Shown here in pieces: positions 37,544 to 47,775 of a DNA stretch of 64,000 nt; positions within the stretch are counted from its first letter, which is position 1; each line of letters begins with the position of its first letter. The stretch is from a virus: positions 1 to 64,000 of the IMG/VR virus record IMGVR_UViG_3300027736_000029; one strand, given 5' to 3'. The notes beneath the pieces were generated by a model. It was not told the DNA's origin, made no database searches, and was given only the letters and a program-made list of their open reading frames with translations. A program made the translations under genes and the position numbers.

Positions 37544-38323
37544 TTATATTTCAGAGTCAAAGTTTTTTACCTTAACCATGTTAACTATTTGAAAAATATA
37601 TGCGGTTATTTTTCGTTTCATGATTGGTACGATGGCTTGTTCCATTGGAAAATTCTGACTACATGACATTTCAAATACTGGTAAGTCTTTATAGTATTCA
37701 GTTTTGTTAAACTTGGAATGGTTTTCGATGATTGAAAGTAATGTTGTTTTGTCAGGAGTGTTCTCATATATCTTAGTTATATAAGTTTGACTTATGTTTA
37801 TATCTCCTCGTTTCTTTTTGATTTCATATTCCCAAACATAAACTTTATTATCCAACTTTCTATAATAAAAAACATATCCTGAACCCGCAACCAAGTGTTC
37901 TTTATTCTTTTTGATTGAGATTTCAACTTCATCAAACACAATGTTCCAAATAGATTTTGCAATATTGAATGTGTCAAATAATTTGTTGTTTGAATATTTG
38001 ATTGTCCTACCCAACTCGTCCTCCTCTTCTTTAGACATTTCTCTTGGCTTCTTTGGATACAAATCTTTTAACATGATTTCATCATCATAAGAATGAAATT
38101 TTTTGTCTGTAAGTAGGAGAGTATTTTCTTTGGATAATGATTGCATGTTTGCCAAGTGTAACGACAACTCAACAAAGTCAGGATAAATTTCAAACTTATC
38201 TAACCTCTGCTCGCATTTCTGTATGTAATCCAATAAAGTATATTTATTGTATTCAAAATCCAACGGCTCTTTTAACATCCACTCAGGATTTAGCTTAAAT
38301 GCTATTTTCTTTCTTCTCCCCAT
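37544..38323 (-). CDS. hypothetical protein
   Basis: 259-aa ORF; W...PLDFEY.KY.LL.Y. Confidence 0.75.
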   Translation of the reverse strand: MGRRKKIAFKLNPEWMLKEPLDFEYNKYTLLDYIQKCEQRLDKFEIYPDFVELSLHLANMQSLSKENTLLLTDKKFHSYDDEIMLKDLYPKKPREMSKEEEDELGRTIKYSNNKLFDTFNIAKSIWNIVFDEVEISIKKNKEHLVAGSGYVFYYRKLDNKVYVWEYEIKKKRGDINISQTYITKIYENTPDKTTLLSIIENHSKFNKTEYYKDLPVFEMSCSQNFPMEQAIVPIMKRKITAYIFQIVNMVKVKNFDSEI

Positions 38324-38349
38324 ACAACAATTATAACCAAATAAAAATC

Positions 38350-40104
38350 TTAATCAATTCTCATTACATAAAAGGTCACACCTTCAACATCGATTTCATC
38401 CGCACTTCCATCATAACCATTTAGTGTGGTACCATATCCATCTTCTTCAACAATCCCTTTAATGAACGCATCTTTGTCTATATACTCATTCATTTCTAAT
38501 CCATACTCATTCATAAAACCTTCTACATCATTTTTTGCTTCTTGAACTCTACTTTCAATTATCTCTTCAAGTAAATCCTCAGGGAAATCACCTTCAGGGT
38601 CTTCTTTGATATCCTCAATCTCTGTGTCCATCTCGGTAATCTCATCATTCAACTCGTCAATCCTTTCTTCAATATCCTCATCATCCTCACCATCCATACT
38701 ACCCTCCAATTTGGTTATTAACTCTCTATATTTTTCTATCTTATCATTTAAAATTGCAATCTTTTCTTCTTGTTTTGTAGATAAATTTCTTTGGTCATTT
38801 TCCAAATAAGAATCAGGACTATCATAAACGTCTTGGTTGAATAAATCTTCGGCATATGAAATAACCGCATCCTCATCAATATGTTGTTGCACAAAATTAG
38901 AGTTAAATCCTTCATACCCTATATCATCAATTAATTGTTCAACATATTCATAAGCACTTGTTTCCATCTCATTCTCATCACCAACCACATATCTACGGTC
39001 TTCAACTTCAGGAGCTCCAATCACTTCAAACTCCGACGCATCATAATAAGTTCCTGTTGGGATAATATTATACACATCTATCTTGTTATCTAATTCGGTT
39101 AACTCATCTTCCAACTCACTTATTTCATCCAACAAATCACCTCTTACTTCTTCGTCATTATCATATTCCGCTTGAAGTCTGGTAATTTCATTTTCAATTC
39201 TTGCAATCTCACCTCGGTCTTGATTGGTCATTACTTCAATATCACCTTCTATCTCAAGAACTCGTAATAACGCATGTGCCTTCAATCCAATTTCAGGTGC
39301 GTTGGGTAACGCCCATTCATTCTCTTCACGTCTTTCTTGAGCGGCATTTTCTCTTTCTCTTAAAATTTGAGCTATTCTTAATTTTTCTAATCGGTCTCTT
39401 TCTTTTCGAGCCAACTCTTTATCACTATAAATCTTAACCTGTTCAGGATAAGTTGATTTAATATAATCATCAACTGAACTTAAAATCTCGTTTAACTTAT
39501 TTGTTCCAAAAATCCAACCACCATTAACCGTTGCATCCAAAGCATCATAATAAGTTTTATCCCCATCGAATTTTTGAAGTAATGCAACTTTATAGAACTT
39601 ATTATTACTTGGAGCATTTCGGTCCAAAATATAAAATAACTTACCGTCTTGATTGTATCTATTGAACTGGTAATCCGAATCAGCACTAGTACACCATTTA
39701 GTACCTTTACCATAATAACATGATGAATCATGGGTTAAAGGATTCACAACAAAAAATCTATCATCATCATAAACAACATTCCCACCTTCAACTTGTTTGA
39801 CTACTCGTCTTTGTCTTTCATCATATTGACTAATCGCCGAGAATAATTGTCCAACACTTTTATATTGGAAGATATCTGTTATAGGTAAGTTTGTTGATAC
39901 CCTTTCAAACTTATCTAAGGCTTGCTTGAGTTTTGAAAGGTTGTCTTCAAAATTAACCATGTCAAGATTTTTACCAACCCAATCCAAATATTTTTGTGGC
40001 ACCGCCCCAAGAATTTTATTTACATTCTCTGTACCAAACTTTTGTGAGTACTTGGCTTTGAAGTCGTCAACTCGTCCTTCTTGTATTAATTTTAAAAAAT
40101 CCAT
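38350..40104 (-). CDS. YGxGTxWC-domain protein with acidic coiled-coil C-terminus (paralog 2)
   Basis: CYYGKGTKWCTS; leader MDFLKLIQE; TATTTAT upstream. Confidence 0.7.
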   Translation of the reverse strand: MDFLKLIQEGRVDDFKAKYSQKFGTENVNKILGAVPQKYLDWVGKNLDMVNFEDNLSKLKQALDKFERVSTNLPITDIFQYKSVGQLFSAISQYDERQRRVVKQVEGGNVVYDDDRFFVVNPLTHDSSCYYGKGTKWCTSADSDYQFNRYNQDGKLFYILDRNAPSNNKFYKVALLQKFDGDKTYYDALDATVNGGWIFGTNKLNEILSSVDDYIKSTYPEQVKIYSDKELARKERDRLEKLRIAQILRERENAAQERREENEWALPNAPEIGLKAHALLRVLEIEGDIEVMTNQDRGEIARIENEITRLQAEYDNDEEVRGDLLDEISELEDELTELDNKIDVYNIIPTGTYYDASEFEVIGAPEVEDRRYVVGDENEMETSAYEYVEQLIDDIGYEGFNSNFVQQHIDEDAVISYAEDLFNQDVYDSPDSYLENDQRNLSTKQEEKIAILNDKIEKYRELITKLEGSMDGEDDEDIEERIDELNDEITEMDTEIEDIKEDPEGDFPEDLLEEIIESRVQEAKNDVEGFMNEYGLEMNEYIDKDAFIKGIVEEDGYGTTLNGYDGSADEIDVEGVTFYVMRID

Positions 40105-40200
40105 TGTATCTTTAATTGATAAATATTCTTTTACTCTTATATTTCCACAAAGATAGTATTTATTATCAGGAAACAAATAAACTAACTAAAATACAATACC

Positions 40201-40362
40201 ATGGGATGCGGATGCAAAAATAACGGAAACCAATCACAACAGCCTTCACCTCAACAGGTTCAACAGGCTGCAGCTCAAAGACAACAAACTAACGAAAGTG
40301 TCAAATCAGCCATTAAAAAAACGGTTGAGAAGTACTACAACGTAAACAAAACGAGTAAGTAA
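40201..40362 (+). CDS. small protein, 53 aa (MGCGCKNNGNQSQQ...)
   Basis: Manual translation; TATTTAT upstream; terminator 40387-40414. Confidence 0.7.
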   Translation: MGCGCKNNGNQSQQPSPQQVQQAAAQRQQTNESVKSAIKKTVEKYYNVNKTSK

Positions 40363-40428
40363 TCTAACACATTTAAGAAATTAATGAGGGGACAATGAAA
40401 ATTGTCCCTTTTTTCGTATTTATATTAT

Positions 40429-41415
40429 ATGGACATTAATGAATTAATAGAAAAGTTTAATGATGGAGATACTGATTTTATTCAGTACTTTAACGACATT
40501 GATACATTTCTTAAGTTTGTTAATAAAAGAGGTCTAATTAATGAGTTAGACCCTGAAGGAAAACTTTCCGAACATTATCAAAACGAATTACTATTATTTT
40601 ATTACGAAAACGATAAACAAAAGTTTTGGGAATATGTGTTGAAGTATTTGAATGATGTTGAATTAGTTGATGGAGTTCCATATCTTATTCTCGATAGTAT
40701 AGGAGAACTATCCGCATTATTCTGTGATGGAAACAGATATGATATATCTCAAGATACTGTTGAAGGCATATTATCAGGTGAATATGATAGAGATTTTTAT
40801 TACGATTCAACTGATGATGTTTACAGAGATGTCATTCAAGAACTTACCAAAGAAAATTTAAAGAGATTAAAAGAGTATATCATTCAAACTTTAGATGGTC
40901 AACAATTATCCACAGATACGGAAGTACTTGAGTCTATCGCTCAAAGAGAAAATACTGAATATGTTACTGTAAATGAATCTAACATTGACGAAATAGTTGA
41001 CGATGAGGAAACTATGAATGAATTAATGAAAGACGAATTAGGAGACCTTAAAAGTGAATTATATATTATTTATAATTCTTCATATAACTCAGCATATGAA
41101 GAAGAATTATTCGAAGATATTATGGGAGAACTTTCAAAATATTTTGGTGATGGTGAATGGGTAACAAGACCTCACACTTGGAAAAATGATACTGAAGTAC
41201 AAAGATATAAGGCACCAATACACAACTTTGAAAGTAACATTGTTGATTATTTAAGAGAAAACAAAAGTTATAGTTACGGGACACTTGAATATTGGGGCGA
41301 TTACTTGGGTGTTATAAAAGACCAAAACGATTGTTTATCTGTAATACCTCCTGATTATCCTGACTCAAGAAAAGTAGATAAAAATATCAACTTGTACTTT
41401 AACGATTACATTTAA
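40429..41415 (+). CDS. highly acidic hypothetical protein
   Basis: TATTTAT at 40417-40423, then ATG. Confidence 0.75.
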   Translation: MDINELIEKFNDGDTDFIQYFNDIDTFLKFVNKRGLINELDPEGKLSEHYQNELLLFYYENDKQKFWEYVLKYLNDVELVDGVPYLILDSIGELSALFCDGNRYDISQDTVEGILSGEYDRDFYYDSTDDVYRDVIQELTKENLKRLKEYIIQTLDGQQLSTDTEVLESIAQRENTEYVTVNESNIDEIVDDEETMNELMKDELGDLKSELYIIYNSSYNSAYEEELFEDIMGELSKYFGDGEWVTRPHTWKNDTEVQRYKAPIHNFESNIVDYLRENKSYSYGTLEYWGDYLGVIKDQNDCLSVIPPDYPDSRKVDKNINLYFNDYI

Positions 41416-41477
41416 TATTCTTTTTACGAATTAAATTGTTTATACTTAAACAATAATAAATTCCAAAAGAAATACCA

Positions 41478-42239
41478 ATGATATTAAAATCACCAACAAG
41501 CAAACTATCAATAGTTAATTTATTTGCAGATTTCATATTAAATCAAATTCCAAAAGACGAGGAAAGTATTATCCAAGTCGCCGACTGTTTAAACTTTTAT
41601 GTAATCAAAGGTAAAACAACCTATAAAGAAACTTTGGACATTGCAAAAATAAAAGATGAATTCACCTCAAAGTTTAAAGAACAATTAGTTGACCTAAAAT
41701 TAACTCATACAATTGATTTAATCGATTATAATTCCAAATTGAACCCGTTAGATGAAATAACATTTTCATATCATAACAACTCAAGTAATTGCTCGTATCA
41801 TAAGCATCAGTGTGATGAATATTTAATTGATGATACAAAGTCTTACGACCATAACTTTCATGTAAAACCAATCTTGGAAGACAATAACTTAATTTTTTGT
41901 TCCGAGTTCCCTCATGGTTATTCATTGAAACAGGGAAGGTTGATGTATTACTACGGAAAACATATTTTCTATAACATCCCATACAACTATCCATTCTCAA
42001 CCTTGACATTCACGATGTCAACAAAAAAAGACGAATCAGGTGATAACCAATTCTCAGTTAAAAACTCACACCAAAAAGAAGATGAAACATTAAAGTCTGC
42101 AATCTTGGATGTATTTGATTTTGATATGTCTTGGTTAGAGACAGAAATGAAAAAAGTGGATTGGTCTATTGAATTAACCAACCCACTTCAGGAATACGAC
42201 CTTATTAAAAAGAAAGTAAAAGACTTTGTAATTTTTTAA
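41478..42239 (+). CDS. hypothetical protein, weak resemblance to the SAM synthetase N-domain
   Basis: VNLFADFIL...VIKG pattern. Confidence 0.4.
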   Translation: MILKSPTSKLSIVNLFADFILNQIPKDEESIIQVADCLNFYVIKGKTTYKETLDIAKIKDEFTSKFKEQLVDLKLTHTIDLIDYNSKLNPLDEITFSYHNNSSNCSYHKHQCDEYLIDDTKSYDHNFHVKPILEDNNLIFCSEFPHGYSLKQGRLMYYYGKHIFYNIPYNYPFSTLTFTMSTKKDESGDNQFSVKNSHQKEDETLKSAILDVFDFDMSWLETEMKKVDWSIELTNPLQEYDLIKKKVKDFVIF

Positions 42240-42541
42240 ATCAGACCAAGTTTTTGTCTGTGTTCCTGAATAATTGTAACCGCTTCACTTAATTCGTTGT
42301 AATTTCTTTCAGGAGCATATAAAAATGATTCATGTTTGTCGCCATCTTCTTCAATGATTAACATTGCCGGTATCATGTCATTCTCTGTAATCTCAACAAA
42401 GATATCATACTCATCTTTATAATCATCAATATCTCGGTCAAAAAATTCAATTCCCTCATTAGTTAACATTTCTTTAAAGTCAGTACAAAACGGACATCCG
42501 TTCATTGTATAGACAACCACATTTAAATCTTTCATACTCAT
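42236..42541 (-). CDS. glutaredoxin
   Basis: VYTMNGCPFC; IPA. Confidence 0.88.
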   Translation of the reverse strand: MSMKDLNVVVYTMNGCPFCTDFKEMLTNEGIEFFDRDIDDYKDEYDIFVEITENDMIPAMLIIEEDGDKHESFLYAPERNYNELSEAVTIIQEHRQKLGLI

Positions 42542-42861
42542 TAAGTAAGTAATTCAAGAACTTCTGTTGGTGACATTACACCCGCCCTTGAAAAGACTTC
42601 AGAACCTTCTTTGAATATTTTTATTGTTGGTACGCTTCTAACACCCAACTCCATCATAAATTTCATGTCGTTATCTACATCGAATTTATAAATATTATAC
42701 TTAGGTCTGTCAGTTGATTCACTAATTAATGATTCATTTACTTTACCCAAATTGCTTAACATAACTTTACATGGTCCACACCAAGTGGCATATAAATCTA
42801 ATACGAAGTTTTCTCCGTTGCTAATCTTTTCTCTAAGTTCATTTGTTGTTAATTGTTCCAT
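42541..42861 (-). CDS. trxA: thioredoxin
   Basis: WCGPC; VRSVPT. Confidence 0.92.
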   Translation of the reverse strand: MEQLTTNELREKISNGENFVLDLYATWCGPCKVMLSNLGKVNESLISESTDRPKYNIYKFDVDNDMKFMMELGVRSVPTIKIFKEGSEVFSRAGVMSPTEVLELLT

Positions 42862-43174
42862 TCTTATATGTTTTTAATAATTGTTTTATAAATAATTTTA
42901 ATTCGTTTAATTGTTCTTCTTTATAATAAATAACCAAAGTTTTCTTATCGACACAATCTTTAAATAAATATAAATAAAATGGTTGTTTGGTTTTATATAT
43001 TTTACTTTTGATTTTAATTTCATCCATTTCAAACTCCATCCAACTATCACTAAAAACTGTAGTAAATGCACGACCATCCAAGAACTTTATAAAGTCATCA
43101 GGAACCTCAAGTTCCAACGTTGAGAATAATTTTCCATCTTCAAGTTTTTCAATATATTCTGGTTTACTTACCAT
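42839..43174 (-). CDS. hypothetical protein
   Basis: ORF track. Confidence 0.65.
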   Translation of the reverse strand: MVSKPEYIEKLEDGKLFSTLELEVPDDFIKFLDGRAFTTVFSDSWMEFEMDEIKIKSKIYKTKQPFYLYLFKDCVDKKTLVIYYKEEQLNELKLFIKQLLKTYKNGTINNK

Positions 43175-44820
43175 ATGTTCTCAATTTTGTCTTTATCCCA
43201 GACCAAACGGCCATCATCCCTCCAATAAGAAGTAGACTCAAGTTCCAAACCAGACTTGTGAACCTTTTTAATTTTGACTGTATCGAATTTTTCATCTTTA
43301 ACATAATATAACATACGTCCATCCAATTTAAATAGAACGTCATCCCATTCTTCAGTTAATTTCTTATTAAACCTACCCAAAGATTGAACTCGGTCAACAT
43401 AAATAGTCTTGGAAACTAACGCCTGACTTAATTTATATTCAACGGTGGCTCTAACATCTGAATCAACCCCACCCTGACGCAAAGACACAATCATTGAACC
43501 ACACTTACCAATATATGTTTTAACACAATTGGATTGAATTGCACTCTCCTGATTATAGCTCTTACTGTTATCCAACAACACAGGATAATAAACTTCACCA
43601 CCATGTTCAATTGGTTCACTTATGACCCGATAACTATAGTCAGGGTACTTACGATAGTAGGTACCTTCTCTATATGACTGTATTTTATCTACCCAATCCA
43701 AATGTTCACCCCTAAAATCACTTTTATCGTCATCAGATGACATCCATTTAATATTTGGTTCATACAACTTCAAATCACAATAAAATCTCATATGGTCATA
43801 GAATGTATGAGCGTCCAATGTACCATGTATAACAACATGTCTAAACAATTTAAACACACGTTTCAATTCTTCATTGGTGACAAATTCTTTAAAGTCTACA
43901 GGTAACGGATAATAATTAATGTTTGAATTCAAACATCCCAAAATTAACTCATAGTCTTGATTAACCCAATCGTCATTAAACATATTACGAGCCAAGGTAA
44001 GCATTGGAAGATTCAAACCTTCACAATTGTGTAAGGCTTTCTTAATCTGTTTACCCGATAACTCATTGCGTACCATAACGGCATCAACCATTCTATTATC
44101 AGTTTTCTTAAGAATTTTTTTAATCTCAGGTCCGAACCACTCATTCGTGTAAATATGGAAATTGTTAGGAAACTTAACCCCTCGTTTATTTAAATAAAAC
44201 TTAAATAACCTTTGATTATTGGTTAACACTCCAAAATTATCAATGGGGTCAATCGTTTGAATAAAAACTTCCAAAGCTTCTTGAGTACAATCCACATCAA
44301 GATTAGAATCCACACGTCTTATACAATTCCTAATTGACAAACTCAAATTATTCAAAGGTTCGCCAATAAAGTAATTTCTATTGATTCGTTTTTTTGATTT
44401 TCTTTTTAAGTGGTAGTTATCAATACCTCCAACATACACATCACCAGTCTTGGTGTTCACACTAATAAATTCAACGTGTTTAATTGTCTTGAACCAAACA
44501 ACACCCGGTCTTCTGTGTTTATAACCCCAGAATAATTTAATAGCAACTTTATCCCCATCTCTTTCAACTACAATAGTTACATTATTTCTAGTAACCGAAT
44601 ACAATTGGTCAGCAAATCGGGTAACAAACTCTTCCTCTGTTTTATTGGTTTTTTTATAAATAAATAATGGATGTTTTTTTGTTGGTTCAGGACCATCTTC
44701 AAGTTCAAAATTGAGGGTTTGACTTTGAATCATTCTCTTTACATAAGGGAACTCACTATAAGATTCGTGCTCAATAGTTTCATAGCTCACGAACTCTTTT
44801 TTGAATAACACCTCCTTCAT
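43168..44820 (-). CDS. PcfJ-like domain protein
   Basis: C-terminal ES..QSNCVKTY...SLR...ATVE...QSLGRFN. Confidence 0.7.
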   Translation of the reverse strand: MKEVLFKKEFVSYETIEHESYSEFPYVKRMIQSQTLNFELEDGPEPTKKHPLFIYKKTNKTEEEFVTRFADQLYSVTRNNVTIVVERDGDKVAIKLFWGYKHRRPGVVWFKTIKHVEFISVNTKTGDVYVGGIDNYHLKRKSKKRINRNYFIGEPLNNLSLSIRNCIRRVDSNLDVDCTQEALEVFIQTIDPIDNFGVLTNNQRLFKFYLNKRGVKFPNNFHIYTNEWFGPEIKKILKKTDNRMVDAVMVRNELSGKQIKKALHNCEGLNLPMLTLARNMFNDDWVNQDYELILGCLNSNINYYPLPVDFKEFVTNEELKRVFKLFRHVVIHGTLDAHTFYDHMRFYCDLKLYEPNIKWMSSDDDKSDFRGEHLDWVDKIQSYREGTYYRKYPDYSYRVISEPIEHGGEVYYPVLLDNSKSYNQESAIQSNCVKTYIGKCGSMIVSLRQGGVDSDVRATVEYKLSQALVSKTIYVDRVQSLGRFNKKLTEEWDDVLFKLDGRMLYYVKDEKFDTVKIKKVHKSGLELESTSYWRDDGRLVWDKDKIENIW

Positions 44821-44879
44821 ATTACAAAGATAATAAAAAAAGAATGGGAGACAAAATATCTCCCATTATTTTATAAACC

Positions 44880-45164
44880 TTAATTCAAGATAATATTACC
44901 AAATTTTGTTTCCATGATAAAACTTTCCAACTTCTTCTTTGGTTTTTGTGGGTCACCTCCATTAACCACCACACAAATTTCAAGAATCTGTTTTTGAGTT
45001 AGTGACGGGTCATCACCTTTTTGAGTATTTTCTAAAGACATTAGTTTAACCTTTCGATAAAACTCATCTTCCTTCCCTTTGGGAATAAGTGTAAATAAGT
45101 CATCTGGATTTTCCCTGAAGAACTTGATGAAGTTATTCATGTATATTTCAACATCAACATTCAT
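44880..45164 (-). CDS. hypothetical protein
   Basis: ORF track. Confidence 0.7.
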   Translation of the reverse strand: MNVDVEIYMNNFIKFFRENPDDLFTLIPKGKEDEFYRKVKLMSLENTQKGDDPSLTQKQILEICVVVNGGDPQKPKKKLESFIMETKFGNIILN

Positions 45165-45190
45165 TATAATAAAATTTAATAGTTAAACAA

Positions 45191-46510
45191 TTAATCTTGA
45201 AGGTCCCACATTCCTGGACCCATTTCAGTGCCCTTAGCCTTGATTGATTCAGGTACTTGTACGTTATTACTACCCTTAAGATTCAAGAAGTATAAACTTG
45301 GTAAATCTGCAATACAATCAGGAATACTTCTAAGTTTTTCGTTGTTGTTTAACGCCAAGAATCTTAATTTAGGTAAAGTACAGATTGAATCAGGTATGCT
45401 TTCAATACAATTATCCAAGATAATACCTGTTAAATCTTTGAATCTTCCAATTTCTTCAGGGATATTAATAATAAAACCATTTTTATCTCTGTTTTGAATA
45501 TGAAATTCTTTCAATGTGTTAGGTAAATTACCAATTAAATCATCCAATCCGTATAATCCAATAAATTTACCAACCGCACCATGACTGAAACTATCAATAA
45601 CTAATTTCTCACCACCAATTGTTAAACCTTTTGCAAATTCAGGTTTGAAGAAATTTTTCAACTCTGTCATTGGTCCGTTTAATAATTGAACCAAATCTTG
45701 TTGACGGTCATCCTTATCCATAAATTGATTCGATGGGAAGTGGAACTGATATCTATTTTTTGGTAATCCTGTTTCAGCAGTAACATCAGAGTCATTTGGG
45801 TTAAATATAACATATAAAGGACCATCTTTAATGTATCGGTTAAACCATTGGTCGGTACCAGGTGTTGAAGTACACCATCTAGTTTCTACATTGTTTCCTC
45901 CATAAAAACAAGCGGCCTCTTTACCTACAGGTCCTTTGTTTTCAATTTCAATAACTCTCCATGTTGGTCCATCAAATACCAATTTAGCTCCAGGGTGAAC
46001 AGGTGCTAACTTTCTTTCAGCCTTAGTTGTTGTCGCCAAAGTCAAGTCAAAGTCCTTAACCGTATCGTATAATGTGTCAGGAGTTAACTTATTGATATCT
46101 CTCATATCTTGAGGGATTTTACCTTTAAACTTTTCAAACTTTGCAAGGTCATCTGTAACCTTATATAAATCCTCCATGAAAGTGTCTTTCACTTGTTGAA
46201 CTTCACGTTCATAACCTGATTCACCAGGTTGTCTTTCGGTTTTTGGCATTAAGTATCGTTTAATCAACCATTGAACGTATTTACCAGCTTTAACCTTCTC
46301 AAGTTCTTTTGAGTCGGCGTTAGTTAAATCAACGTTATTTAACCTTGTTGTTGGGTCAGCTTCAACTAACTTGTTAAACTCTTCCCTGCTCATCTTAGGC
46401 TTTACCTTATTACCTTCTTTATCTTTAGATGGCTTAGTAAGTGCGTCAGACAACAATTCAAATCTTGATTGTTCTAAAATGACCTTTTTTAATATTGACG
46501 TGAATTTCAT
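45191..46510 (-). CDS. WC-domain protein fused to leucine-rich repeats (paralog 3)
   Basis: ACFYGG...TRWCTS; IPEEIG/IPDSIC/IPDCIA LRRs. Confidence 0.8.
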   Translation of the reverse strand: MKFTSILKKVILEQSRFELLSDALTKPSKDKEGNKVKPKMSREEFNKLVEADPTTRLNNVDLTNADSKELEKVKAGKYVQWLIKRYLMPKTERQPGESGYEREVQQVKDTFMEDLYKVTDDLAKFEKFKGKIPQDMRDINKLTPDTLYDTVKDFDLTLATTTKAERKLAPVHPGAKLVFDGPTWRVIEIENKGPVGKEAACFYGGNNVETRWCTSTPGTDQWFNRYIKDGPLYVIFNPNDSDVTAETGLPKNRYQFHFPSNQFMDKDDRQQDLVQLLNGPMTELKNFFKPEFAKGLTIGGEKLVIDSFSHGAVGKFIGLYGLDDLIGNLPNTLKEFHIQNRDKNGFIINIPEEIGRFKDLTGIILDNCIESIPDSICTLPKLRFLALNNNEKLRSIPDCIADLPSLYFLNLKGSNNVQVPESIKAKGTEMGPGMWDLQD

Positions 46511-46556
46511 CTTTGTTATTTTATTACTATAAATATATTGACGATACAAAAATAAC

Positions 46557-47396
46557 TCAATAATTCAAGATTAACAACTCTTCCCCCATATTTTGTTTCG
46601 TTCCCTTCTTCGCGGCTGCGGCTTTTGCAAACTCTTTTCTCTCCCAACGGTACTGTTCTTCGGGAAACCATTCATGTAATAACTCAAAATCGTAGTAGGA
46701 TAAACTAAACTTACCTTGAACATTATGTAATACATTTGCAAGTCTTTCGTGGTCTTTTCTGTCGAAGTCATGGTTATTATAATAGTTCTCAGTCTTCCAA
46801 TATGGTGGGTCCAAATAGATATAGGTGGTTGGTGAATCATACTTTGTAATTACATCCGCAAAGTCCATATTCTCGACCTCAGTTATTTTTAAGAAATGTT
46901 CAACCCAATCAGGTTTAGATAACTTATCTCTAAATGTAAGGTACTTTGATTTGTATTTACCCTTTAAGTCTATGAATGAACTTGTCTCAGGTTTACTACC
47001 GCTAAACACTTGAGTTAAAACATAAGCATATTTTGCTGCAACATTATAATCAGGATAATTGATGGTAAATCCACTACCAAATACTTCAGATTGAAACTCT
47101 ACAAATTGTTCTTTATATATTGACGGTGTAGTTTCCTCACCGAATTGTTGACATGGAATTGAATTAATTGATTCCAATAATTGTTCAGGATTCTTGATAC
47201 ATTGAAATAAATTGTAGTTGAGTGGGTTAAAATCATTATAGACAACTTTCTTAAGATTTGGGAATTGCGTTAAATCCATGTTGAAGAAACACCAAAACAT
47301 TCCTCCGAATGTCTCAACATAAGTCTCCATATCTTTATCATAGAAAGGGACAATCCACTTTCCAATTTTACTTTTACCTCCGATGTATGATAGCAT
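46557..47396 (-). CDS. Dam-like (D12 class) DNA adenine methyltransferase
   Basis: YIGGK, YVETFGG, YND and YLDPPY motifs. Confidence 0.9.
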   Translation of the reverse strand: MLSYIGGKSKIGKWIVPFYDKDMETYVETFGGMFWCFFNMDLTQFPNLKKVVYNDFNPLNYNLFQCIKNPEQLLESINSIPCQQFGEETTPSIYKEQFVEFQSEVFGSGFTINYPDYNVAAKYAYVLTQVFSGSKPETSSFIDLKGKYKSKYLTFRDKLSKPDWVEHFLKITEVENMDFADVITKYDSPTTYIYLDPPYWKTENYYNNHDFDRKDHERLANVLHNVQGKFSLSYYDFELLHEWFPEEQYRWERKEFAKAAAAKKGTKQNMGEELLILNY

Positions 47397-47444
47397 ATTT
47401 TTACGTTTATACAAGTATAAGAAAAAAACATAAAAAGGCAAATT

Positions 47445-47627
47445 TTATTTGTAACAATTTTTGTATGGTCGACAAGATGCCTTCTGAGTAAATCCCATAT
47501 CTTTACATGAAGTAGATTCACAATAGGATTTACTATACTTACGAGGTTTCTTATATTCTTCTTGTTCTTTCTCGTCAAGATATTGATAAAGAACTCTTTT
47601 AATAATTTGCTCAATTAACATACTCAT
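47445..47627 (-). CDS. small Cys-rich basic protein with leader
   Basis: LIEQIIKRVL leader; four Cys; TATTTAT upstream. Confidence 0.65.
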   Translation of the reverse strand: MSMLIEQIIKRVLYQYLDEKEQEEYKKPRKYSKSYCESTSCKDMGFTQKASCRPYKNCYK

Positions 47628-47631
47628 AAAT

Positions 47632-47775
47632 ATGACAGAAGGTTGTAAAACATGTAAACAAAAAGGTCCTGGTAAATTTCAGATTGGAGCTATAGTATTA
47701 GGATTCTATGTATTAGGGATGACCATATACGGAACATATACTTTAGTTAACGATATTATTAGTTACTTTAAATAA
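47632..47775 (+). CDS. small CxxC + TM protein, 47 aa ([12 protein letters not shown]...)
   Basis: Manual translation. Confidence 0.55.
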   Translation: MTEGCKTCKQKGPGKFQIGAIVLGFYVLGMTIYGTYTLVNDIISYFK

